Below, piece after piece: positions 19,001 through 29,264 of a stretch of 64,000 nt of DNA; the stretch's first letter is position 1, and every line of letters begins with the position of its first letter. The notes beneath the pieces are model-generated. The model made no database searches. It was not told the DNA's origin and saw only the letters and a program-made list of their open reading frames with translations. Made by a program: the position numbers and the translations under genes. Origin of the DNA: a bacterium (lineage in GTDB: Bacteria > Patescibacteriota > Dojkabacteria > GCA-016699595 > JBAXKR01); assembly GCA_037131125.1 (NCBI GenBank), contig JBAXRR010000002.1, forward strand, positions 21,605 through 85,604. Direction: 5' to 3'.

Positions 19001-19654
19001 TTGAAGAACCTTAACTCTCCCAAACTAAAAAAAATATTAATTACTATTGGTATTATCCTTGCCGTGATAATACTCTCTCCTTTCATTTTATATTTCACTG
19101 TTTCAAGAAATTTAAGACCTTCAATGTACAGTTCAATAGATAAAGTGCCGGAAAGCTATACTGCACTCGTACTTGGTGCTGGACTTGAAGGTGATGGACC
19201 ATCGGATATGTTAAGAGATCGTATTGTTTCAGCAGTTGAGCTATATAAAGCTGGAAAAGTGAAAAAACTTATTATGAGTGGAGATAATAGATTTGAAGAT
19301 CATAATGAACCTAAGGTCATGATAGAAACTGCAAATAAACTTGGAGTTCCACTTTCTGACATGCAAGCAGATTATGCTGGAAGAAGAACTTATGATAGTT
19401 GTTACCGACTAAAAAATATCTTTTCACAAACAAGTACAATTATCGTGACACAAAGCTTCCATATAACAAGAGCTGTTTTTACTTGTGAATCACTTGGAGT
19501 TAAAAGTGTAGGATTTGTGTCTGACAATGATAAATACTCGACAGAAACTTGGAATTACTATAAATTCCGAGATATTTTAGGACTTGTAAAATCTGTTTAT
19601 GACCTTTGGATATCTTCCCCTGCTGTTGTAGGAGGCGAAAAGATCAAAATCTAG
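19001..19654 (+). CDS. SanA/YdcF (DUF218) family envelope protein.
   Basis: N-terminal TM, then ALVLGAGLEGDGPSDMLRDRIVSAVELYKAGKVKKLIMSGDN, which is typical of DUF218. Confidence 0.6.
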   Translation: MKNLNSPKLKKILITIGIILAVIILSPFILYFTVSRNLRPSMYSSIDKVPESYTALVLGAGLEGDGPSDMLRDRIVSAVELYKAGKVKKLIMSGDNRFEDHNEPKVMIETANKLGVPLSDMQADYAGRRTYDSCYRLKNIFSQTSTIIVTQSFHITRAVFTCESLGVKSVGFVSDNDKYSTETWNYYKFRDILGLVKSVYDLWISSPAVVGGEKIKI

Positions 19655-19704
19655 TTACAGATTATGGTAATATTCTCTTAATATTTACTTAAAAGAATAC
19701 ATCA

Positions 19705-21195
19705 ATGTACTTTCCAGTAATTGGACTTGAAATACATATTCAGTCAAAAACAAATTCAAAAATGTTTTGTAGTTGTTCCTCTCAATACTTTGGGAAAGAA
19801 CCAAACACAAATACTTGTCCAACATGTACTGGAATGCCTGGTGCTCTTCCAGTTATTAACTCCAAAGCAATTGAGAATTGTATAAGACTATCTTTAGCAT
19901 TAAATGCAGAGATAAATAAATTAACTAAATTCGATAGAAAGAACTATTTCTATCCAGATCTTCCAAAAGGTTACCAGATATCTCAGTATGATTTACCAAT
20001 CGGTCACGATGGATTTCTAGGAATAGAAGTGGATGGTGATGATACTAGGATAAAAATTAGAAGAGTTCACCAAGAAGAAGATACTGCTAAATCTCTTCAT
20101 GAGGTAGATGTAGATGAAAATGGAGCATCTAATTACACATTAATAGATTTCAATAAATCTGGAGTAGCATTAATTGAGGTAGTTACAGAACCAGATTTCA
20201 CTAGTACAAAAGAAGTATTTGAATTTGCAAAAGCACTTCAAAAGATTGTGAGATATCTAGATGTTTCAGATGCAAATATGGAGATGGGTCAAATGAGATT
20301 TGAACTTAACATCTCACTTAGAAAAGAAGACCAAAAAGGACTTCCAAATTACAAAGTAGAAGTTAAAAATATTTCTTCCATTTCAGTTCTTGAAAAAGTT
20401 GTTAACTATGAAATAGTAAGACAAACTGAACTTCTTGAAAAAGGTGAAACACCAATACAAGAGACAAGAGGAATAGATGACAAAACAGGAAAGACATTCT
20501 CTCAAAGACTAAAAGAAGGTGCAGAGGACTATAGATACTTTCCAGATCCAGACTTACCAATTTTGACATTTACAGACGAACAAATCGAAAAGTACAAAAA
20601 ATCTCTTCCTGAACTTCCAATTAAAAGAAAACAAAGATTCATTTCAGACTACAAATTGGATCCATCTGTTGCTGGTTTAATTACAGATGAGAAATATAAA
20701 GCAGATTGGTATGAGGAAACTGTAAAGGAACTTTCAAAGTTAGAGAAAAATACAGATGGGGATAAGTATAAACAAGAAGTAATCGACATAGCTAATTTCA
20801 TTGTTGGAGACATCGAAGCTCTTTGTAAGAAAAAAGCTATAGACTTCAAAGATATTAAACTTACAAAAGCTAACCTATCTGAAGCTGTGTACGAATTTAG
20901 AAATGGAAAAATATCTGCATCTGCTGTTAAAAGAATTATTGAGGCTTTCTTAAGCGAAGGTGGAGATGTAAAGAAATATATTGAAGATAATAATCTTTCA
21001 CAAATTAGTAATGAAGGAGAACTTGAAAAGATTGTGGAGAAAGTAATTGCATCTAACCAGGATATTGTTGCTAGCTACAAAAGTGGGAAAGTTAACGCTA
21101 AAAGTGCGTTAGTTGGTCAAGTAATGAGAGAAACAAAAGGCAAAGCAAATCCACAAATAGTGGATAAAATAATTGTAGAGAAACTTGTTTCTTAA
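19705..21195 (+). CDS. gatB: Asp-tRNA(Asn)/Glu-tRNA(Gln) amidotransferase subunit B.
   Basis: MYFPVIGLEIHIQSKTNSKMFCSCS N-terminus and a C-terminal GatB/YqeY-like domain. Confidence 0.9.
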   Translation: MYFPVIGLEIHIQSKTNSKMFCSCSSQYFGKEPNTNTCPTCTGMPGALPVINSKAIENCIRLSLALNAEINKLTKFDRKNYFYPDLPKGYQISQYDLPIGHDGFLGIEVDGDDTRIKIRRVHQEEDTAKSLHEVDVDENGASNYTLIDFNKSGVALIEVVTEPDFTSTKEVFEFAKALQKIVRYLDVSDANMEMGQMRFELNISLRKEDQKGLPNYKVEVKNISSISVLEKVVNYEIVRQTELLEKGETPIQETRGIDDKTGKTFSQRLKEGAEDYRYFPDPDLPILTFTDEQIEKYKKSLPELPIKRKQRFISDYKLDPSVAGLITDEKYKADWYEETVKELSKLEKNTDGDKYKQEVIDIANFIVGDIEALCKKKAIDFKDIKLTKANLSEAVYEFRNGKISASAVKRIIEAFLSEGGDVKKYIEDNNLSQISNEGELEKIVEKVIASNQDIVASYKSGKVNAKSALVGQVMRETKGKANPQIVDKIIVEKLVS

Positions 21196-21227
21196 TATAC
21201 TAGGTAATAAGCTATTAAATACTCTCT

Positions 21228-21926
21228 ATGCAAAAAATCTCAGCAAAGTTGGGTTTGGCAATGTTAATACTTTCAGTTTCGTTTTTTGCATTACAAACAA
21301 ATGTTCTTGCAGTAGTATCTTCAACTAGTTCTGCTAGCTCCTCATCTAGTGATGGATTAATAAGGCCTCAAGTAGTAAGTGATTCTTCGATTAGTGCATT
21401 TACAGATACAAATTCAGCAATATCTTCTAGCACATCTAGTAGTGGATATAGCGCAAATCAGACAATAAAACTTACACTTGAGAAACAGATTCAAAGTATC
21501 TTTGATAAAACAGAACCAGTTAAATTAACAATAGAATCTGGAATAGATACAGACAGATTAGAAATAAGTTGGACCTACGATGACAAAAGTTTATCTTTAG
21601 CAGAGAAAAGCACTGAATTTAAAACAATAAAAAAAGATACTCCACTTGTTCTTACATATAACTTTACTCCACTTAAAGAAGGAGTTAACAAGGTATATGT
21701 TAGAGTTCAAGCTTGGCAAAACGAAGCTAATTATCCAGAAGTTTCTTCAATAGAGCTTACATTTAACAAAGATCTAGAGATAGTTCCTCAAACAAGTGAA
21801 TATCAAAATAATTTATTCATATTTAATACTTTCAAAACAGTAATCTTAATAGTCATTGCCGGAGGAATACTTGGAGTTGCCTTCTTACTACTAAAAAGAT
21901 TTTTCAGATGGTTTGAAAAGGATTAG
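21228..21926 (+). CDS. Secreted, C-terminally anchored hypothetical protein.
   Basis: Signal peptide (LGLAMLILSVSFFALQTNVLA), Ser-rich region, and a C-terminal TM followed by a KRFFRW basic tail. Confidence 0.45.
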   Translation: MQKISAKLGLAMLILSVSFFALQTNVLAVVSSTSSASSSSSDGLIRPQVVSDSSISAFTDTNSAISSSTSSSGYSANQTIKLTLEKQIQSIFDKTEPVKLTIESGIDTDRLEISWTYDDKSLSLAEKSTEFKTIKKDTPLVLTYNFTPLKEGVNKVYVRVQAWQNEANYPEVSSIELTFNKDLEIVPQTSEYQNNLFIFNTFKTVILIVIAGGILGVAFLLLKRFFRWFEKD

Positions 21927-21940
21927 AAAAAAATCTAGTA

Positions 21941-23701
21941 ATGAAATGGATTTATGAAAGTGAACCTGACAAGAAAGTACTCTCTTCACTTCAAAAACAA
22001 AACAAAAAATTAGAAGCTCCCTTAAGTGATCCAGTTATTACTTTAATATCTAAGTTAAACATAACTGAACTTGAGGATTTCCTTTTCCCAGATGACGATT
22101 TCTTCTCCCCTTCTCTAATTCCGAATATTGAAGTAGCATCTAAATTTATTATTGAAGCAATTGAAAAGAAGACTCCAATAATTATTCACGGAGATTTTGA
22201 TGCAGATGGAATTACTGCAACCTCAATTCTTTTCGATTTTCTCTATTTCAAATGTGAAGCAAATGTAGTCCCATACATTCCATCTAGAGTAGATGAAGGA
22301 TATGGACTATCTAATGAATCTCTTGGGACAATACTTACTAAACAAGATGGAAAAACAAAACCTTTAATAATCTCTGTAGACTGTGGAGTCAAAGATAATG
22401 ATCTAGTAGATGACAAATGGTACAAAGATTTTGACTTCATAATTACAGATCACCATGAGATGAAGAAAGTAGAAGATAAAATTGTTTACTCCAAGAAAGC
22501 TAAGGCAATTGTCCATCCAAGATTTCCAGGTTCTAAATATCCATTTCAAAGTATTTCAGGAGCATCGGTTGCATGGAAACTTGTGTGCCAAATATCCAAA
22601 GATTTTCCAAAACTTAAGGGATATGATCCAAATGAATACTTAGATTTAGTAGCAATATCTACAATTTGTGACCTAATGCCTCTACTTTCTGAAAACAGAA
22701 AATTTGTTAAGTTTGGATTGGAAAGACTTAACAATACTAATAGACTTGGATTAATTGAGCTTCTCAAAGTCTCTGGGTTAATAGAAAATGGCAGAATTAA
22801 AAAATTAGATACATATCATATTGGGTTTGTTATTGGACCAAGACTAAATGCAACTGGAAGGCTTGGAAAAGCCATAGATGCAGTAAAGCTATTATGCACA
22901 AGAAGTACATCACAAGCTGAAAAGATTGCTAGTGAGATTAATAACTTAAATATTGAACGTCAAAATATTACTAAAGAACTATTCCTTGAAGCTAAGGAGC
23001 AAGCGAACGGTAAACTGGAGAATAGGATAATAACAATTAAAGGAAAGAATTGGCCTGAAGGAATTGTTGGACTCATTGCTGGGAAACTTACCGAAGAATT
23101 TGCAAGACCAAGCATTGTTTTCGCAATATCTGAAGATAAAGTAACTGCATCTGCAAGAAGTACCAAAACATTTAATATTACTGAAACTCTTTCACATAAT
23201 TCTAAACATCTAATAAGGTTTGGAGGGCACGCAGGTGCTGCAGGACTATCTCTACATGCGGATAAGCTAGATCTGTTTATTGAAGAAATTACTACATATA
23301 CAAATCTAAACTTTCCTGTTTCCGAAAGTGGTGAAATAGAAAAAGAATTAACAATTAATCTCAAAGCAGAAATAAAAGAACTATCTTTGAAATTAGCAAA
23401 AGAACTTTCTCAACTAGAGCCATTTGGAATGGAAAATCCTGAACCTGTATTTTCACTTAGTAATCTCAGAGTTGTAAATATTTCCAAAATGGGACAAATG
23501 GGAACTCACATTAGAGTTACACTCCAAGATATTAAATCTTCAGAGACAATATCTGCAATTGGTTTCAACATGGTAGATAAGTGTGAGAGTATACTCCCTG
23601 GAGATAAAGTAGATCTTGCGTTTAATATTAAAATTAACCGTTGGAATGGAAATGAATCACTGGAAATACTAATTAAAGATATTAAAAAGATATTTGCATA
23701 A
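21941..23701 (+). CDS. recJ: Single-stranded-DNA-specific exonuclease RecJ.
   Basis: DHH motif region IIIHGDFDADGITATSIL and DHHA1 GGHAGAAGLSL. Confidence 0.85.
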   Translation: MKWIYESEPDKKVLSSLQKQNKKLEAPLSDPVITLISKLNITELEDFLFPDDDFFSPSLIPNIEVASKFIIEAIEKKTPIIIHGDFDADGITATSILFDFLYFKCEANVVPYIPSRVDEGYGLSNESLGTILTKQDGKTKPLIISVDCGVKDNDLVDDKWYKDFDFIITDHHEMKKVEDKIVYSKKAKAIVHPRFPGSKYPFQSISGASVAWKLVCQISKDFPKLKGYDPNEYLDLVAISTICDLMPLLSENRKFVKFGLERLNNTNRLGLIELLKVSGLIENGRIKKLDTYHIGFVIGPRLNATGRLGKAIDAVKLLCTRSTSQAEKIASEINNLNIERQNITKELFLEAKEQANGKLENRIITIKGKNWPEGIVGLIAGKLTEEFARPSIVFAISEDKVTASARSTKTFNITETLSHNSKHLIRFGGHAGAAGLSLHADKLDLFIEEITTYTNLNFPVSESGEIEKELTINLKAEIKELSLKLAKELSQLEPFGMENPEPVFSLSNLRVVNISKMGQMGTHIRVTLQDIKSSETISAIGFNMVDKCESILPGDKVDLAFNIKINRWNGNESLEILIKDIKKIFA

Positions 23702-23713
23702 TATTTCATTTCT

Positions 23714-24142
23714 TTGTATCTTTTCTTAGTTAATACAAGATATATGCCTGTAAAAGTTTCTTTTAAAACTGGTCTTCTCGAATTCTTCAATCTAATTTGT
23801 CTTTTAGTTGTTGTATTAGTTATTCCTATAGCCACAGCTGTTGCATTTCAAGCAGTTGATCAAAATACAATGCAAGGTAAAAGTGTCTTAGGTGTAAGTG
23901 AAGATGCAACAAATAAGGTGGATCCAACAAAAGATAACACTGCAACTCTTACAAATGTATCCGAAAAATTATCCACTATTAATGATAATTCAGTAAGTAC
24001 CAAGATACTAATTGCCATTGGTGCTGCACTATTTGCAGTAACAATATTCTTGGTAGTCACATTAGTAAGTAGCGTATACAAAAAGCCAAGTAAGGAAAAG
24101 ATTCAAAAAAGTGATAAGATACTTTTCAGTTCAGAACCTTAA
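23714..24142 (+). CDS. Small hypothetical membrane protein with two TM helices.
   Basis: 142-aa ORF with two hydrophobic helices. No homology recognised. Confidence 0.35.
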   Translation: MYLFLVNTRYMPVKVSFKTGLLEFFNLICLLVVVLVIPIATAVAFQAVDQNTMQGKSVLGVSEDATNKVDPTKDNTATLTNVSEKLSTINDNSVSTKILIAIGAALFAVTIFLVVTLVSSVYKKPSKEKIQKSDKILFSSEP

Positions 24143-25025
24143 GTTTAACTTCTTCTGGAAGAATTTCTCTAATACTCTCCCCCACTACAAAGCTTGCTGT
24201 TGCATATGCATCTGCAACAATAGCAGTTGGAGCACTAACAAACACAGATTTAATACCTTCCCTTGGTTTACCAGTTTTAGGATCTATTAAGTGATGGAAA
24301 TATTTTACTTTTCTTGCAAAACTTCCAGAACATGCAATTGCAAATCCTGGATCTAGTTCCATTCTCCCAATATTTTCAGAAGGATTATCTGGATTAGAAA
24401 GACCTACTACCCATTTGTGTTTACTTAGATCCTTTGAATTTAAATCGTAAGTAAAGCCACCACACCTAATATCTCCCCCAGCTTCTATTAAGAAGTTTTC
24501 TAGTGGAAGTAACTCTTTATGCGCAAGATCTATTGCATAACCTTTACCACACCCACCAAGGTCAATTCTTTGACCTTTCTCAAGAGTAATATAATAATCT
24601 TTATTACTAGTCTCCAATTTAATATCTTTGTAACTTTTCCTTGTCTTAACTATTGTTTCTATTTCTTTTTCCATCATCTCTTTATTATCTAGTTTGGAGA
24701 AGTCATAACGTTTGTCATAACCATAGGCTTCAAGAATATCTATTATTGTGGGATCAAATGCACCATTTGTCTTTGAGGCTAAATCTAATGAAAATTTAAT
24801 TAATTCATACAACTCTTTAGACACTTTATGCTTATTTCCACTATCTTTATTAAGTTTACTTAGTTCACTTGAATCGTCAAAACGGGAAAACTTCTCAACA
24901 ACATAATTAAATTTTGAATAGGCTTTATCGAAGTACTTTTGAATTTCTGATTTAGAGAAATTTGAATACGACTGAATATTTATCTTCGTATTCATATACA
25001 CTTTTGTATCTAAATGGAAAACCAT
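24126..25025 (-). CDS. apbE: FAD:protein FMN transferase (ApbE family flavin transferase).
   Basis: DLGGCGKGYAIDLA is the ApbE signature. Same strand as the upstream LPGTA protein gene, and directly downstream of it. Confidence 0.8.
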   Translation of the reverse strand: MVFHLDTKVYMNTKINIQSYSNFSKSEIQKYFDKAYSKFNYVVEKFSRFDDSSELSKLNKDSGNKHKVSKELYELIKFSLDLASKTNGAFDPTIIDILEAYGYDKRYDFSKLDNKEMMEKEIETIVKTRKSYKDIKLETSNKDYYITLEKGQRIDLGGCGKGYAIDLAHKELLPLENFLIEAGGDIRCGGFTYDLNSKDLSKHKWVVGLSNPDNPSENIGRMELDPGFAIACSGSFARKVKYFHHLIDPKTGKPREGIKSVFVSAPTAIVADAYATASFVVGESIREILPEEVKLKVLN

Positions 25026-25030
25026 TGTGG

Positions 25031-25843
25031 TTATTCTTCATAGCTAGATTTTCTCGACCTGATTGTAGCAGAAAATCCAAGAACTATTAGAAGTGTTGCT
25101 GCGAATAGTGTTGCAAGCACACTTACTGTATCTGCCGAAAGTGCTGTGCCTGGTAATTTACTAGATGATGTAGATGATGCAATTGATTCGTTACTTATTG
25201 TACTTACAGTACTTGTTGTAGATTCTGAAGCAGCGGTTCCAAGAACAAGACTTAATGCTTGGTAGTTAAGAGGTACACTTGTATCTGTTGTACTTATAGC
25301 AATTGTATTAGAGCTATCTTTAGTTATGGTAAAAGTACCAGCAGTCTTTGCCTTGAAACTAATTTCAGCAACTTTTCTATTAACTGTATTTGCATTACTT
25401 GTATTTGCCTCTAAGGTTACTACACCAGAAGTTGAATTAATAGAATTTGTTTTAACAGTAAAGAATGTATCTATTACTTTGAGTTGAATACCAGATGTAG
25501 TTGAATCCGAATCTATTACGTCAACTAAAGATTTATCGTAAGTTAATTGAACTTTATATGACTTAATACTTGTTTGCCCACTGGAAATTGTAATAGATAC
25601 TTTGAAAGTATCCCCTATCTTTGGGTTTTGTACATCAGATGCCAAAGTTAGATTTACTGTAGATGTAGCCGTGGAAGTAGTAGCTGGAATTTCAAATGGA
25701 CCATCATACGGAAATGTTGGTTTAGCTACAGCATCTACTGAAGCTGAAGCTGACGAAGACCCAGAAGATGCAACCTGAGCAAGGATTATCCTCATCTCGG
25801 TCGAAGCACTATCTCCCTTTTTCAAAGAATTTACATTATCCAT
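25031..25843 (-). CDS. Ser/Thr-rich surface protein with a C-terminal LPGTA sortase sorting signal.
   Basis: C-terminus ...SSKLPGTALSADTVSVLATLFAATLLIVLGFSATIRSRKSSYEE: an LPxTA motif, a hydrophobic helix and a basic tail. Its stop is 6 nt before the apbE start. Confidence 0.55.
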   Translation of the reverse strand: MDNVNSLKKGDSASTEMRIILAQVASSGSSSASASVDAVAKPTFPYDGPFEIPATTSTATSTVNLTLASDVQNPKIGDTFKVSITISSGQTSIKSYKVQLTYDKSLVDVIDSDSTTSGIQLKVIDTFFTVKTNSINSTSGVVTLEANTSNANTVNRKVAEISFKAKTAGTFTITKDSSNTIAISTTDTSVPLNYQALSLVLGTAASESTTSTVSTISNESIASSTSSSKLPGTALSADTVSVLATLFAATLLIVLGFSATIRSRKSSYEE

Positions 25844-25905
25844 TCCTTTCAGTTTGCTATTTTTTTTGTGATTTGTAAAGAAGAAGAGTGAGTGTATAAT
25901 TAGGC

Positions 25906-26901
25906 ATGCGAATTAAAACACTATTCTTTGGTAGTCCAGAATTTGGATTAACAATATTAAAAAGCTTAATTTCTTTAGATTACATTGAAATTGTAGGTAT
26001 AGTAACCCAACCAGACAAAGAGTTTGGAAGAAAGAAAGTACTCAAATCTACTCCAGTAAAAGAGTTTATTAAGCAAAGTCATCCAGAAATTAAAGTATTC
26101 GAACCAGTTAAACTAAAAGCAGTAGCTTTAGATATTTTAGAAGAAGCTAAACCTGAACTTATCGTAGTAGCTGCGTATGGGAAAATACTACCAGATAGCA
26201 TTATTAACTATCCAAAATATAAATGTTTAAATGTACATGGATCACTTCTTCCAATACTTAGAGGTGCAGTTCCTGTACAAATGGCAATATTAAAAGGCTT
26301 TAAGGAGACTGGTGTATCCATACAGATTATGAAACAAGAAATGGATGAAGGAGATATATTATTCTCAAAATCTATAATCATAGAAGATAGAGATACATCA
26401 AAGACACTAATGGATAAAATGGCAGTACTTGGATCGGAAATAATTAAGAGTAACCTAACAGATTACATTGAAGGGAAAGTTACACCAATAAAACAAGATA
26501 GTACAAAGGCAACGTATTGCTTCCTCACTGATTTATCTTATGAAAAAGCATTAATAGATTGGGGAAAAGATTCAACTGAGATAGATAGATTAATAAGAAC
26601 ATTTAATCCTGAACCAATTGCGTACACTAATGGATTAGTAGTAAAACTTATGGATAAGTTTGTGTGTAATATTAAGATAGATGGAAAAGTAAAAATTTAC
26701 GAATCTAGTTTGTTAGAAAGTTCAGATAATTTAGAAATTCCTCAGAATTTAGAAATTCATACTGGTGAAGGTATAGTCCTAAATGGGAAACTACTCATAA
26801 AAACTTCAGGTAACTTTATTTGTATTCTTAAGTTACAATTAGAAGGAAAGAATATTGTTTCATCATCGGATTTTATTAACGGATTAAAAAATAGAGTTTA
26901 A
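25906..26901 (+). CDS. fmt: Methionyl-tRNA formyltransferase.
   Basis: MRIKTLFFGSPEFGLTILKSL start; NVHGSLLPILRGAVPVQMAIL (HxSLLP motif region). Confidence 0.85.
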   Translation: MRIKTLFFGSPEFGLTILKSLISLDYIEIVGIVTQPDKEFGRKKVLKSTPVKEFIKQSHPEIKVFEPVKLKAVALDILEEAKPELIVVAAYGKILPDSIINYPKYKCLNVHGSLLPILRGAVPVQMAILKGFKETGVSIQIMKQEMDEGDILFSKSIIIEDRDTSKTLMDKMAVLGSEIIKSNLTDYIEGKVTPIKQDSTKATYCFLTDLSYEKALIDWGKDSTEIDRLIRTFNPEPIAYTNGLVVKLMDKFVCNIKIDGKVKIYESSLLESSDNLEIPQNLEIHTGEGIVLNGKLLIKTSGNFICILKLQLEGKNIVSSSDFINGLKNRV

Positions 26902-26905
26902 GTAT

Positions 26906-27628
26906 ATGCAGTACTTTACTTCTTTCTTAACAAAACAAACTTCACTTGGTTCAATTGTTTGGCCAGATAAATCTTATCTAGATGACTACACTTGGGAACA
27001 AATAAAAAGATTGTATAAGTGGACTAGTGAAGATATGCATGAATATGAGGTATCTTTGTTTAATATAGACAGTGACATAATATTCTCACCTATAGATAGA
27101 GGAAATTACCAAAAAGTAATAAGTTCACATAGTGCAGAGGTTAAGTATCTACCAGATAATAAAACTCATACATATCTAAAACATATGTATTCAGATCATG
27201 AACTGGTTAGAAAAAGATTAATAAAAGTTGAAGAACTTCCTAAACAAATTGTTGTTAAATATCTTTTCAATTTTCATACACATCCACAATATAACCAGCA
27301 AGATTTAATGCAACTTCAGATGAAGACTCCTCAAATGGATCAGGAGAGATTCTATAGTTTCTTCTCAGGAACAGATGTTAATACCCTTCTTTCTAATGGA
27401 AATTATTGTATTGGACTCATTACAGACAGAGTCTGGATACTTTGTAAAACAGTGAGATCTCCAGATAAATTAACTGAACTACAATCTGAAATGCTTCATG
27501 AAGTAACTAGAAATAAATTAACAAATCCAGATATTCCAATAATTGATCTTGCAGGAAAGATATTAGCCGAAACTAATCTAAAGCTATATACAGCAAGATT
27601 CAACGAACCTTTGGATCTGTTAAATTAG
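26906..27628 (+). CDS. Hypothetical protein (240 aa). Its last ~50 codons are duplicated 2.3 kb downstream.
   Basis: Intact ORF 5 nt after fmt. Contains an H-T-H-P...S-G-T-D segment (FNFHTHPQ...SFFSGTD); the spacing does not fit a canonical JAMM motif. Confidence 0.5.
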   Translation: MQYFTSFLTKQTSLGSIVWPDKSYLDDYTWEQIKRLYKWTSEDMHEYEVSLFNIDSDIIFSPIDRGNYQKVISSHSAEVKYLPDNKTHTYLKHMYSDHELVRKRLIKVEELPKQIVVKYLFNFHTHPQYNQQDLMQLQMKTPQMDQERFYSFFSGTDVNTLLSNGNYCIGLITDRVWILCKTVRSPDKLTELQSEMLHEVTRNKLTNPDIPIIDLAGKILAETNLKLYTARFNEPLDLLN

Positions 27629-27630
27629 AC
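27472..27630 (+). repeat. Direct repeat copy A (~158 bp). Forms the 3' end of the 26906..27628 gene.
   Basis: Near-identical to 29932..30090, with only a handful of mismatches by eye. Shared sequence: caatctgaaatgct[t/c]catgaagtaactagaaataaattaacaaatccagatattccaataattgatcttgcaggaaagatattagc... Confidence 0.7.
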
Positions 27631-29229
27631 TTTTTCGCTAATTGCACTTAATCTTTTGAGTTTTAATTCCTTGAATAGAAAGTAAAGAACAATGGCTAAC
27701 ATTGTCACTATAAATAGGAATACGATTATATAGATTTGTAAAGAATTACCGGAAGAAACAGTGCTATTATTTGATGCACTGCTTGTAGTAATCAATGGTT
27801 GTGAATAAGCTAAATCAAATTCTCCAATCTTTTCTGCTTCCCCAGCAGGTTCACCACTTTCATTTATACGAGTTGCTAACACCGTATGTTTACCTTCTTC
27901 CAGTTCATTTACAAGAACTAAAACCCATTTTCCATCACTATCTGTATTAACTTGTTTTTCAATTATTTTACTCTGTATAGTTATTTTTAAAGTTGCGTTT
28001 GCTGGACCATTTCCAGTTAATGTAACAACATTTTGATTATTGGTATATTCTATTGTTGGTTTTTCCAATACAATTCCCAAAGTATTAATTTCAGGTACAA
28101 CTTCTACTACTTCAGGAGTTGTAACAGGAGTTGAGGTTCTTCTAGAGTTAATATTAAAGCTATACGTACTACTATTTGTAGAATTATTACTCTCATTCGA
28201 ACTTGACAATGATGAGAACGTGCCACTATTAGTACTACTGCTACTGCTTGTATTTATACTACTTTGAGAACTACTAAGTGAACTTGACGAAGATAAAGAA
28301 CTAGAAGATGAGCTTGAAATAGCTTCAGGAACAGCTTTTCCAACACCTTTTAATACCAACTTAGAACCTGACCCGAATAGTGTATTTAAATATGGTCGTT
28401 GCTCTCCAAAGTACTTATCAATTTGGACACTCCCTGAATTAGTTGGTGTGAAAGTAAAAGTAATAACCTTTTCACCTTTTGCGTTAATTACAAAACTAGT
28501 CCCATCTACATTTGATGTAAAACCATTTTCCATTGGATCTCCATATGTATTAAAAGTTTCTACAGTAGAATTATCATAGAGTTTAACTGTCAATGATTTT
28601 GAATCTCCAATATTTACTTCTCCAAAGTCTAAAGTTGAAGGAGAAAAACTTGTGTAAGGAAGTTTGAAATATACCCTGGCCTTTGCATTAATTGTAGCAC
28701 TTACATCAGGTATACAATCTGGAGGGTTTACATTAGTGTTACAGTAATATGGGCTGAAATATATCGTATTTGTAAGATCACAATATATTTTCCCAGTACT
28801 AATACATGATGTTAATGCTGAAAGATTTGGTACAAATTTTAGACCAATACTTCCTGATCGATTTTGAGGTATGCCCTCACTACCAAGACTATATGTAACA
28901 TATCGTTCATTTGAATATTTTTGTGTATCTATATTCGCAACATAAAAAGGGTTTTTACCTGAATTTGTTATTGGATAATAATTAAAAATGCCGATTTTAG
29001 ATATTGTGTTATTGGTCCAAGTACTGTTATTACCTTTATTTTCAAAATATGCGGAACCGAAAATTTCCTTATTACATAGTCCAGTATCGAAATCAAAATC
29101 ACAACTTCCAAGATCTACAGTAATAGGATCAGGGGAAATATTTGCAGTAGCGTGAACTTTAAATGAAAAAAGTAATCCAAATGATGTAAATAGAAAAATA
29201 AAGAAAAATGTTTTTAATACTTTCCCCAT
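27625..29229 (-). CDS. Secreted surface protein (534 aa): signal peptide, poly-Ser/Thr linker, C-terminal beta domain and a TM anchor.
   Basis: N-terminus MGKVLKTFFFIFLFTSFGLLFSFKVHA. Ser-rich run (SSSSSSLSSSSSLSSSQSS...). C-terminal hydrophobic helix plus KELKLKR. Confidence 0.5.
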   Translation of the reverse strand: MGKVLKTFFFIFLFTSFGLLFSFKVHATANISPDPITVDLGSCDFDFDTGLCNKEIFGSAYFENKGNNSTWTNNTISKIGIFNYYPITNSGKNPFYVANIDTQKYSNERYVTYSLGSEGIPQNRSGSIGLKFVPNLSALTSCISTGKIYCDLTNTIYFSPYYCNTNVNPPDCIPDVSATINAKARVYFKLPYTSFSPSTLDFGEVNIGDSKSLTVKLYDNSTVETFNTYGDPMENGFTSNVDGTSFVINAKGEKVITFTFTPTNSGSVQIDKYFGEQRPYLNTLFGSGSKLVLKGVGKAVPEAISSSSSSSLSSSSSLSSSQSSINTSSSSSTNSGTFSSLSSSNESNNSTNSSTYSFNINSRRTSTPVTTPEVVEVVPEINTLGIVLEKPTIEYTNNQNVVTLTGNGPANATLKITIQSKIIEKQVNTDSDGKWVLVLVNELEEGKHTVLATRINESGEPAGEAEKIGEFDLAYSQPLITTSSASNNSTVSSGNSLQIYIIVFLFIVTMLAIVLYFLFKELKLKRLSAISEKV

Positions 29230-29264
29230 ATTAGACTTTCAATAATAAATATTAATTAGATTCT

